Below, piece by piece: positions 52,901 through 64,000 of a stretch of DNA of 64,000 nt; position 1 is the first letter of the stretch; each line of letters opens with the position of its first letter. The notes beneath the pieces were generated by a model, which saw only the letters and a list, made by a program, of their open reading frames with translations, did not search any database and was not told the DNA's origin. The DNA lies in contig JBHGNT010000069.1 of assembly GCA_043228905.1 (NCBI GenBank), positions 65,461 through 129,460 on the forward strand. Direction: 5' to 3'. The stretch is from Azolla caroliniana (taxonomy: Eukaryota; Plantae; Polypodiophyta). A program made the translations under genes and the position numbers.

Positions 52901-55900
52901 TATGCAGTCCAATGTTTTCAATTCTCTATACTAATATTAGTCATATCATGCTCATACTATGAGACATTATAACTAGCACCAGACTTCATGTCCAAGCATT
53001 GAAATCAAACATCAGACCACACAAATCCCACATGTCCTGTTCTCACTGGCATATGGATGATAATGCACTATAACAAGATAGTAGCAAGAATTTGGACGCA
53101 TTGTATTCATTTTGTCACAAGCACAGAGGCACAAAATCTTGCATGGATACTTCCTAAATTCACAGCCCCGCACCATTGAATATCAGTTTATCAAACACTG
53201 AATTATCAACACGCTTTATTAAATTCTCATGAACTCATTGTCTTTGCTTTTTACTATCCCTCCTAGTCTCTTGAAGGTCCTAACAAAAACCACACATGCC
53301 CGAGTTGAGTGTTAACCCCATGAATAGACATCACAAGCTCTCTATTCACAAGCTCAAGGGCCCCTAAGAACTACGTATCTATTTTCCTTCTTATTCATCC
53401 TTAGTATCATAGCTATTTTGGATGTGGCTCAATGTTCAAATCAATGTCAGGGAACATGCAACCAATGGCAATAGGAGGTTTTACAAATCCTAGAACTACC
53501 TTCAAGTTTGCATACATGATAGCATTTCTAATGATTTCAACAGAAGAAGCATACTTACGTCCAAGGCATAGTAAAGAAAATATGCAAAGGCACGTTCAAG
53601 TATTCGGCAACGTGAACATGACCTGAAATCAGTACCAAACACTGTTCTATATTTTAAAACCTTAGCAGCAATGAGTTTCCACGTGTACGAAATCCAAATG
53701 CATGTAACTTCACCATATGCTGGAGGATTGGCAATAATTGCTTGAACTTTGAAAGGCACATTGCTCTTGTCAGGATATGTGCAGGCAGGTAAAAGAGAGT
53801 TAATGATGGATTTAAGCTGCTTCCTTTGTATCCTGATCTCTGATGTTCCCGATGGAAGGAAACCTTTATTCTTTACCATGTCTGTTATACATGATGAACA
53901 CAGTGGAGCTGTTAGCAGAAATGCATTCAACACCAAAGTCTACAAGTGTTATGTTTCATAAGTCAACATACATTTGGCAAGAACTTTTGGGTCACCTCCC
54001 AATGGATAGAATTCAAGGCCTGCTTGCAAAACAAATTCTTCAAAGTTTGAATGGGTTGCCAGCCTTACACGGTGCCCATATTCCTAATAAATTATTAAGG
54101 CAAAAGGTATTTAGGCATTTTGTATTATAGTATTTATGAAACTTGCCATGCATACATTTTGAATTCTAGATAAGAGACCTGCAAACGTTTCCCTATTGCT
54201 ACAAAAGGCTGAACATCTCCCCGTGTTCCAACAATAAGCATGGCAATTTGCAGAGGTAACCGTGTGGAACTGTTCACATCTCCTTCATCATGTGAAGAGT
54301 CTTCATATGATGATGTGGAAAATAAGCCAGGTACAAGCTCAGCACTTTTGTCAGCATCAAACTCAACAGTGCCATCTTTTTGTATTCTGCAAATCCTCTT
54401 CACAAGTTTCTTCTAACATCATAAATGACAAGGAAGATTAACTTCGTATTTAACAGTAGCGTTAATTCTTTAAGATAAATCATACTTTTTAACAGAATTT
54501 CCAATATATATTATTATTCTCTAATAAAGAACTTTTATAATCCAAATTACACACCAATTTCCATAAGGTATATAAAAGTCAGTATAGTCAATACATGAAT
54601 CTGAAATACCTGACAAACTGCAGGCATATAAACTAAGAGAATGCATTCTTTGATCGAATAACTTCTATCTTCAAATTTATATTAGTAATCCATTACTCCA
54701 TACAAGGAGAACATATTTGACCAGTGTTTATACAACATTATAAATGACTTGGGCAGATTCATATGGCTGCTAAAACATTAGTGGTTTGCCCAAATCAATA
54801 AAGAATAATTATCGTCGGATCCAGATGAACTTCTTATATAGATTCTCAGATAAGATAGATTCTTGGGAGTTACATACAAGGAGGTTGGCCAACTAGCAAG
54901 CTGGCTATTTGAAAGATAAAAATCTCCTTTTCTTTCTCATTATGTCATGGTAATGTATTTTATCGCAAGTACAAAATAAGCATTAAATAGTTATTCCTTT
55001 CTAAACTGATATTTAGTTAAAACTGGTTCCGGGTCAAGCTGCCATTCAAGAAACTTTTATTAAACACTGGGAGGAATAAAATCTATGCCCATAGGCAAAC
55101 TTGTCATGATTCTGCTTTTACTTATGATGGATCATCTTCTATGAACTTATCTAGATTTCTTGTCAGTTGTTTCTTTAAAATTTTTGGGGAAATGACTGCG
55201 TTACCTGCTTTCTTCTTGACATTTTTGACCCTGGAGATAGACCAGTAGTATCTTTGCCTCTGTTGTACTTATCTGTAATTGATCTCTTCAAATCTTCTTT
55301 CTTTCTTGATCGGACAATCCCATCAACAACCTCAAAATTTCCACTGGGCATTGTTTGTGCACGTTTAAGTCCATTTATTTCTACAACAATATTTGAAGAA
55401 AAAATATCCTTCTTAGGCTCCATGCAAGACCAGCATTAAAATCGACGGATATTCTTGAATAAAGTTGGCATGCCAACTTTATGTTCTTAGCTTAATCATA
55501 ACTTTAGAGTAAACATACATATGTGATCAGGAAATTTTCCACTCTCAATTTCTAATCATTCTACTTTCCCTTAGTTGAAACATTCAAAGCAATCTTGGAT
55601 ATAATTCATAATTCCCAACTGTTTTATTTTTCATCTATTTCCAGAAAATAGATAAACAGAAGATCTCAAACAGAAGAAACCAAGTAAATAAAAAGAGATC
55701 AAGTCGACATGCTATACAATGAGCTCAGCCCCTAAAGAATTCCAGTATTGCAAATCAAATCCCTCTCTTCACACTAATCTTGCCAATTCTTGCTACAAGC
55801 ATTGTCACGCTTCTTCTATGCTGCAACACGAACCGTAGACATAATGTTGCAAAAGTTGAGATGTGTTGATCTACAATAGAAATTAGTTTTCGTATTTTTG

Positions 55901-58789
55901 TGAAAGGCAGTTCTTTTGACCTCTCATATGAGTATGAATTAAAACAAATTTAAGACTGTTTGCTGAAGTTCAGATTTGAAGTGATTTTAATTCATCTGAT
56001 GAACATCGTGGCTTCAATAAGCATGAAAATAGTCTACAGTGCACTCCAGGATGATCATGAACAAAGTTCGTGAAGTTGCTTGCTAAAAACCAGTTTCTTG
56101 GAGTGGTGGTGGTTTTCTATCGGTGAGATAAAAGCAATAACTATAAGGGACAATCACAGTTGTGTGTTATTTTCCTGATTTTGTTAAGTTATATTTATGT
56201 TTGATTATCCATCAGGCAACTGAAGACCAGATACATTGGCAGATGAATTTTGATAGTTTTTGAAAATGGTACGATTTAGGAGCTGTTACATGTCAAATGA
56301 CTTGAAACAAGTTCACTTTCAAAGTAAAAATCCCTTCCAATAGCATGATTAAGAAGCTTGACACAATAGATTACTGTAGAAAGATACAAGAAGCTACCCA
56401 TTATGTACACCAGATATATATATGTACACAGTAGATTCCTTCACAAATCTTCCAACCCATTATGGATATATATATGTTGATATTCTTCTTTTTCTGTCCA
56501 TTTTTTGTCTTGGCCCTATTTGTTTCAGAAAATTTTATTGTAATAGCTTTCTCATCAATCTTATTATCCATTTTAAACGCCAGGTTTATGCTGCAAACAC
56601 TTCTTTCCTGTCAACTTTTTTACCCAAAACCTAGATTATTTTGAGAAAATGTGTTTTATCAGTAATAAATTTTAATGAAAGTTACAAATGTCAAATAGAG
56701 CTCTATAACATGTTCCAAGACCTGTCATGCCAACGTTGCCAAGATGATTTGTTGATTACGTAAAGATTTCTAAAAGAAGAAGACAAAACCTTCCTAACAA
56801 TTCTATCTTTGCATTAATTGCGCCAGCCTTGATTGCTTAAAAACCTCGCATAAATTCTAAGTCTAAAATGATGTATTGACATCTGCTGAACACTGCTTTC
56901 TGGACGTCAAACTTGTAACACGGTTTAATATATAGTTCAAACTATGTAATTTTTTTAATAGCTCTAACTCTAAGGCTGGAAAATGCCTCACATCACCTGC
57001 TGTACTCAGCCTACTATCTGGATCCTAGTTTCGCAATTTCCAGCCTATCAATGTGCAGTTTAATAATGCCTACTAAGTTTATTCATTAAAAAAGGGTATA
57101 TAATAGGAATTGCATAATTTTTTGAGTTAAGCGAAAATTAGGCCCATGAGTTTATCAGTGATCCTTTCATCAATCACAGAAGGAACTTCTATGGTTAGTA
57201 TAGAACTATCTCCCCTGTTTTACTAATGCCTGATCTCTTCATACCAGCTACTTCCTTTAATCACATGATTCAGAAGCTAGATCCTTACAACTGGCACTTT
57301 GGGTCTTCATTCTAGGAAAACGAACTATTTGACCACGAGATTCATTGAAAAAAAACAGTTATAGATTCACTAGATAGGTAAAAGTATACAAGCATACGGC
57401 GTAGAATGCAATTAAAAATAGGCTTTCAATTACTCTTATTCACTAGTTGGAAGAGGATTATTACTGAACTTTAATTTGACAGCCAATCGTATATGATAGC
57501 TTATGAGCTAGGAAATGTCATGGCAAATATTCTTGCTCAATGACATTGACTTGATTTGGGCACACCATTAGAACATCTTTGATCGTAATCTGATAAGAGT
57601 CCAGTATATTGCAATCAATCGAAGTTTAATGGCATCAAAAGAAAATACCTCGGGGGGTCTGGTCAGGACTGATGGTCGTATTTCCGGAGAAAACTGCTAC
57701 ATTTGATTCTTTCAACTTCAAATATCTCTGAATGGCTATGGCATCATTACCCTCCAGGTCTAGTGGTTTCTTGGGAGATTCATCTGAAGTATTCTGCATT
57801 TTTACGTTTTTCGAAAAATCAGTTCCATCTTCCAAAGCAATATCTACTTGAGAAGAAGATGACCCAACACTCTTTTCTAATTCTGGAGCACATAAGGATG
57901 TATCGCATGTCCTGTCTCCTCGCAAATCAATAGCATTCCCTTTAGCTATGTTTTGTGATTTGTCAACATCACAAATATCGTTCGTTCTCATATCTTTGCC
58001 TGCCATTGCACTCCTTTCGACATCATCATGTACATTCTCCACAGGCGTGCATACTCTGTTATTAAGAGAATCTGCACCTAAAGACATGTGTTCTTGTTTA
58101 CTAGTATTATAGCCATTTTCTTGATCTTCCTTTGCTTTTTGCTCCTCTAGGACCAGAACATCACCCATACTCTCCATGGTAACATGATTTTCTGAAGTAC
58201 TTTCAGTATGGGCCGTGTTAGTATAATTTTCTAAAATGCTTTTAGTATGGGTTGCTTCACAACAAGCGACAGGGTTGACATCAGTCCAACATTCAGCTGA
58301 ACCAGTACAAACAGCTGATCTATTACACGCTTCTGGTCCATTTAGTCCAGTATGGATACTATTGCTGTCTTCATTTTCACTTAACTCACATGTAGAAACC
58401 CTTCCAGTAGACGTTGTTGGCTGAATTTCTTCTTGTACCATTGATTGATCTCTTAAGGTGCCATTGCCATCATCAACATGATAATGTGCTTCTTCAATAC
58501 TAGAATTGGCATTAGAATACTGATAAATACCTGCTATTGAACTTGTTGAGGCATGATCGATAGCTACGTTTGGTGGTGGTGAAGAAGGTTCTGAAAATGG
58601 CGAAGATGACGATGAAGATGAGCCTGATGCAGAAGAAGGTGCAGAGATCTCTTTTTGTGAAGATGGAGAAGATGCAAATGATTGTGTATGAGATGGAGAA
58701 GAGGATGAAGTGGATGAAGAGGATAATGATGAAGATGAGCTTTCATGTGGGTTTGTTCCTTCTTCTTCGATAATTTCTTGATTTTCCAT
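46999..58789 (-). CDS. UGT80: Sterol 3-beta-glucosyltransferase (UGT80 family), multi-exon
   Basis: Exons encode LQIAMLIVGTRGDVQPFVAIGKRLQ, MVKNKGFLPSG...IIANPPAYG, PTSEFPHPLSRV, YIWSPHLVPKPK, DWGSKIDVVGFCFLD...PIYVGFGSL, VHHGGAGTTAAGLRA and CPTTIVPFFGDQPFWG. The long acidic/Ser-rich first exon spans ~57649-58789. Confidence 0.93.
47320..48432 (+). mobile_element. Degenerate Ty1/copia remnant in the last UGT80 intron (antisense to the gene)
   Basis: LDSGVTDH (protease region); DIMIT...LNKEFEMKKLGKLKYFLRIEVA (RT); QLVADILSK (RNase H end); PPT-like TTGAGGGGAGTGT at ~48420. Contains stops, frameshifts and large deletions. Confidence 0.8.
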
Positions 58790-60857
58790 GACCTTACAAT
58801 ATGTGAGCCATTTTCACTCTCGTTTTTCTCTCTGTCCGTCTAATGAATAAATCTCATTACATGGTAGAACGTAGATCTGTAGAGAAAAATGGAACTCTTT
58901 ACACTCCCCCTCTCGCTCTTCTTACGTACTGAAAAGCTTGAATTTTGTGAAGAAAACACAGGAATATGATTCCTTCGGATGTGAGAAGCTCAACAAAATC
59001 GCCCAAGAAGCTGTATTGGAAGGAAACGCAGATGAAGTAGGGTTTCATGGGAAGGGAAAGAAGTAATCAGTGGCTCTTGAGGATGATGATGTACAAGGGG
59101 GGGGCTGGATTCCGCGAGCTGTTGTTGTCATCATCATCAATGTGCCAAAAAAATGTTCATAAATTAGTGTTGCGTATACGTACATAGAGAAAAATCACAG
59201 AAATTCTGCGTGTCTTCTTTCATTCCAGGAGATATATGTATCAGATTCAGAATGTAGATTGTAAAACTTGTGTAAGGTATGGTATGTATGTCAAAATGAC
59301 CTACAGATATGCATTTGAAACAAACTATTCACTAATGTACATACATACATACATATTTCGGCCCGAGTTATGACCCGAGGAAGGCCGATTGGGTCAATCG
59401 TATCTCGGACACCGAAGTCTATGAATCCTTATACATTCGAGCAATGACCAAAGAAACCGTAAATAAATAAATAAATAAATAGGACTTGCATATATATTCT
59501 TGAACTCTCGTGATTGAAGGAAGTAAATTAGGTTCAAACCCAAACATTCTAGAACTCACACCACCACCCCTCCACCCCCATTTGAGTGAGGACCCAGGTA
59601 ACGTAAAGTCGAGTTTGCATTCTCGATGGCCATGAGTAAATAACATGTTCCCCAAGTTTGCTTAAAATCTTGTGTGTGTGTGTGTGTGTGTAGTCATGAT
59701 CTATGGTTATATTCATTCAGGGATAACGTCACTTCTTCATGTATGGTGGTGGGTATGCATGCTCGCGATCCTGTCTTGAGGACAATTTTTGGCCATCTCT
59801 CATTCCAGAGATTGCCATCCACAATGCAATGTTTTTGTGATTTGTTTCTGGAACCTATATATACGTGAAATTATGGTCATAACATCATAACCACCTCTCT
59901 ATGTGGTAAAGTAAATATTTACCAACCCATGCAGTAGATTCAAACCCCATTACATGCACTCATTTATAATCTCTCTTTCTTTTTCTTTCTACGGTGTCGT
60001 ATATTTATTAACTAGTGCATTACGAGTCAAACTCACTACATGCACTCATTTTTTACATAACACACGGGATGTTTGTTGTCCAGCAAACATTGTATATTTA
60101 CTAATGAATTCATTGAATGCCTATGACTCGTTATCCAAATGACTCGTTATCCAACCAATGTGTTGCATGCTTCTGTGACTTGTGCCAAAGAAGCTAGGTA
60201 GATATCTTCAATTGGTCCGACCGTGAAGAGAGCTTCTTTAACATCAACAATCTTTGTAATTGCAATATTAGTGATCATTTATTGGAAAAAACATTAAATA
60301 AATAAATATACATTAGTGATTGTGGCTCATGGCCTCAATATTGCTAGTGGTTACAACAACTACCATTGATTCAACATTTATAGTGTTATAATGTAACCTG
60401 CGTCGCATCGATCTCAAATAAGAGGGGTCACTTTGTGATTGTTAAGAGAAATGGCATATCGTTTGGTTCTAAGTTCTAACAATCTACAAAGATATGCAAT
60501 AAACATGATCATATTGTAATTCATGGGGAACTTCCCTTTATTAGGTGGCAATGGTAATGCCGAATAGACTTGTAATGTGAAATGGACACTATGGGGTTTC
60601 CAATTTGTAAAAAACGGCAATAGCTCTCATGCAGGTGCCCTAAATTGTGCTCATATTTTGGTTCGCATTCTCTCCCCTTTCCTTTCACCAAGAAGCCCCT
60701 TTCTTCCAAATAGTTATTCCACACAATTGTTTGATATATACATGTTTTTTACTTTGCAAAATCTATTTAATCAAGTCATTTCATATGTTTCCCATCTAGC
60801 GATTCTATATTTAATCAATACAAACATGTTTCTTAATCTCTATGATGATTAGGTGCG

Positions 60858-61200
60858 TGTTAATATTAGTTTAACTTAAGATGCCTTAATTGAGACTTTA
60901 TTGTGACATAAGGGGCACATATCATTATGTTATTTTTAATAAAAGACAACGTTAAACGTTGTAAAAAGCATGTGACCTTGATTGTGATGTTTACAATTGT
61001 TTCTATGTTGGAACACAATGGTAAATGTTAATATTAGTTTAACTTGAGATGCCTTAATTGAGACTTTACTGCGACATAAGAGGTGCATATCATTATGTCA
61101 TTTTTAATAAAAGGCAATGTTAAACATTGTAAAAAGCACATGACCTTGATTGTGATGTTTACAATTGTTTCTATGTTGGAACACAATGCTAAATGTTACA
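60858..61200. repeat. ~168-bp tandem duplication
   Basis: TGTTAATATTAGTTTAACTT(A/G)AGATGCC...GGAACACAATG at ~60858 and ~61026. Confidence 0.85.
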
Positions 61201-62239
61201 ATAAAAAAATGGCATTTAGCTTTTGGATTTTAGCTAAATGTATACAAGAAACATATTTATATCATAATGTGCAGGGAATGGCTCTTTATAAGGTGGCAAT
61301 GGCTAATGTGTAATGAGTTTGTATGTAATGGACCCTTTCAGGTCGGGGTTTCTAGCATGTATAAAAAAGGGCAAAGAGCCCTCATGTAAAACTGGTCTTT
61401 GGATGCCTTGAGTTACCTTTCGGTCTTTAGTGCTTACCCTTTACATCCACCGAGAGCCACTTTCCTCCATGTAGCCTTTCTCAACGATTATCTCTTTGAT
61501 TGAGCCATGTATGTTTTTTATTTGGTAATTGTCTACTTAATCGAGATAAATATACATGTTTCATCTCAATGCTTATCTATTTGATTGAGACATCTATGTT
61601 TTTTATCTATTTAATCAAGACAAACACATATATTATCCGGGAATGATTGGTTGTGTGACGATTATAGTTTAACTTAATATGCCTTTGAGGCTTCCATGGC
61701 TGCATAGAGAGGTGAGGTAAATGCTTTTATGTGTCGGAAGTATGACGTCACTCCCCGGTGGCAAAGACCATGTCATGCTTCTAAACCTTATGAATATTGT
61801 CAGAGTTGTGAAAATAGAAACCATGCGTGAGCGTGAGGAACTTTTTCGCATATAAGTAGCGAGCACCGAGAATATTAAAACAACACGACACTACAAAAGC
61901 AACTCTTGACATTCTTTGTACATCAATGACAAGTCAATTGCAATAAGTACTTAATTTGGTTTTGTTTTCAGGCGACATACTTGTTGTGTACCATACGAAA
62001 ACCATAAAAGAAAACCTATTTCTCATACTTCAATTGTATCCCATATATGTACCCCAAAACCTCATATGTTGGAGAGGGTAAAGGCACTAGCTCCCCGAGC
62101 AAAAAAACCACTAAAAGGGTGGCAAAGAATTCCCAACTAACAATGCCCAAAGTTGTGACACAACCACCCATATGAAATGGCACAAGCAACTTGACGACAT
62201 ATATTCTCTCTTCTTCTTTGAGAGGGAAAAGAGCATAAT

Positions 62240-62470
62240 CGTTGTATTTTGGGGAACTCGAAAATGCAGGGGTATTCTTTGGAGTTATAAAACTTAGTAG
62301 GGGTATATCAAGGAATTATGAAAACTTAGAATGGGTATTCTTGGAGCTTCATAAACCAATAGAGGTACATTGGGAATTATGGAAATATAGGGGCATATTG
62401 GGAACTATGAAAATGCAGGGGTAAAGCAGGAATTTATGGAAATATCTATAGGGGTATATTTAGAATTTTG
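62240..62470. repeat. Degenerate ~30-bp repeats centred on AGGGGTAT; possible Mutator-like TIR remnant
   Basis: About seven GGGGTAT/GGGCAT-centred units, similar in style to the arm of the MITE at 21810-22092. Confidence 0.45.
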
Positions 62471-62532
62471 TGTAAATTAGGTTTGTGTCGTGTATTCGCT
62501 AGTACTGTAGCAAAGGCACGTTGCTTTTTTTT

Positions 62533-62620
62533 TTAGGGTTTCTATGTGTGCAGAGAGACGAAATTAGGTTTTTACGCCATCGCCAGAGAAGCAGCTGGTG
62601 ATCGTGACGAAGTTAGGGTT
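62533..62620 (+). promoter_or_regulatory. Telo-box-like motifs upstream of the last gene
   Basis: TTAGGGTTT at 62533 and TTAGGGTT at 62613. Confidence 0.45.
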
Positions 62621-62654
62621 GTTAGAAAACCAGAAGAACCTTCAATCATTTCTC

Positions 62655-64000
62655 ATGGCAGAAGAAGAAGAAGAAGAAGAAGATGGAGAATACAGAGAGC
62701 CTGGAGAGCTGCATGAAGACTCCGTTGAATCTCTGCAAGACCCTTTAGAGAGGAACGAGATGAAGCAGAATACAAAAGAGATGGATTTTTCCCACAAGGA
62801 GAAGAAAAGGAAATCCATTAATATTTGTTCTAGGTCTACTTCTGGCTCGAGATATGCATCGATCACATCTACCGATTCAAAAGATGTACAGGTACGCTTG
62901 AGTGAAGGCAATGAAGATATTGGTAAGTTTAGAGCTAGAGCTTCTCGATGGGGAGAAGAGGCTCCATTATGTTCAGACGAGGCTTCAGAATTTCAGTTTG
63001 ATGTAAAAAATGGAGATCTGGGGAAAAAGGATGTTTTCCAACCTTCAAAAGAATATAGATGGTCAGAAGAGACTTCATCATCGCTATCACCATTGTCTGT
63101 AAAGACTTGTGCAATGCAGAAAGATTATGATTATCTAACTTCAAGAGCATCTAGATGTTCAGAAGACACTTCACTTATTGTGGAAAATTCATCATCTTTT
63201 CAAGTAAAAAATCATATCTCGCAGCAGAAGGATGATTTTAAAGCTTCAAAAACATCGAGACGGTCAGAAAAGACACTGGGCATTGACGGGAAGTTATCAT
63301 CATCTCGTGTGAAGAATCAAAACTTACTGAAAAAGGATAATTTACAAGCTTCAGTAGAGGCTTCACCTAATGAGGAAAAGTCATTGTCTTTTAATGAAAC
63401 GAATCATGTCTTGCAGAAGAAGGATGATTTTCGAGTTTCAAAGGCTTCTAGATGGTCAGAAGAGACTTCAACTAGAAAAGAAAAGCTATCATCATTTCAT
63501 GTGAAGAATCAAGAATTGCTGAAAAAGGCTGATTTTGAAGCTTCAAAAGCATCTAGATGGTCAGAAGAGGTTTCACCTAGTGAAGAAAAGCTGTCATCAT
63601 CTAGTATAAAGAATCAAGACTGGCAGGAAAGGGATGGTTTCAAAGCTTCAAAAGCATCACGATGGTCAGCGGAGACCTCACCTAGCAAGGAAAAAGTATC
63701 ATCATCTCATGTAAAGAATAATGTCTTGCAGAAGAAGGATGATTTCCAAATTTCAGAAAAATCTAGATGGTTAGAAGAGACGTCACCTAGAAAGAAAAAG
63801 CCATCATCATTGCATTTAAAGAATCAAGACTTGCAGAAAAAGGTTGATTTTGAAGTTTCAAAAACAACTAGATGGTCAAAAGAGACTTCACATTGTGAGG
63901 AGAAGCCTTTTCTGTTTGGTGTTAAAAATCAAGACTTGGAGAAGAACGATTCTTTTGAGGTCAAAAGCGAACTTTCAACCGATGATGATGATGACAGTTC
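62655..64000 (+). CDS. N-terminal part of a large Ser/Lys/Glu-rich protein with a 35-aa tandem repeat (3'-partial; possibly CDKG-like)
   Basis: Open frame from ATG 62655 (MAEEEEEEEDGEYREPGELHEDS...) to the window end with no stop seen. A 105-nt unit encodes ~KKDDFxASKASRWSEETSPSEEKLSSSHVKNQDLQ. It is absent from the ORF track because it has no stop in the window. Confidence 0.8.
   Translation, partial: MAEEEEEEEDGEYREPGELHEDSVESLQDPLERNEMKQNTKEMDFSHKEKKRKSINICSRSTSGSRYASITSTDSKDVQVRLSEGNEDIGKFRARASRWGEEAPLCSDEASEFQFDVKNGDLGKKDVFQPSKEYRWSEETSSSLSPLSVKTCAMQKDYDYLTSRASRCSEDTSLIVENSSSFQVKNHISQQKDDFKASKTSRRSEKTLGIDGKLSSSRVKNQNLLKKDNLQASVEASPNEEKSLSFNETNHVLQKKDDFRVSKASRWSEETSTRKEKLSSFHVKNQELLKKADFEASKASRWSEEVSPSEEKLSSSSIKNQDWQERDGFKASKASRWSAETSPSKEKVSSSHVKNNVLQKKDDFQISEKSRWLEETSPRKKKPSSLHLKNQDLQKKVDFEVSKTTRWSKETSHCEEKPFLFGVKNQDLEKNDSFEVKSELSTDDDDDS

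Noticed and set aside
59355-59420. Short GC-rich imperfect hairpin TTCGGCCCGAG...CTCGGACACCGAA upstream of UGT80
   Set aside because: Single short structure with no RNA-family hallmarks; cannot be distinguished from chance or a TE end.

Overview
Nuclear genomic DNA of a land plant, probably a non-seed plant such as a fern (inferred from composition and TE types, not proven). Seven host genes are supported: an intronless SAM-domain protein (+), plastid ribosomal protein L12 (-), a 10-exon organellar (mitochondrial-type) ribosomal protein L1 (+), histone acetyltransferase HAT1/HAG2 (-), a small two-exon poly-Asn protein that the ORF track misses as a spliced gene (+), a UGT80 sterol glucosyltransferase (-), and the start of a large Ser/Lys-rich protein with a 35-aa repeat that runs off the right edge (+). 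Mobile DNA includes a young, intact Ty3/gypsy chromovirus (33059-40076), an older internally deleted copy of the same family (9158-12412), LINE remnants that host both insertions, a fold-back MITE and a Copia remnant. The most notable observations are: a regularly spaced array of five hairpin motifs in the 1.7 kb retrotransposon leader, kept in both copies; TG...TA LTR ends in all four LTRs; SRWSEETSP repeats resembling splicing-factor ULM motifs; and an altered acetyl-CoA loop next to a GC-AG intron in HAT1. All alignments were done by eye, so exon and repeat boundaries may be off by a few bases.
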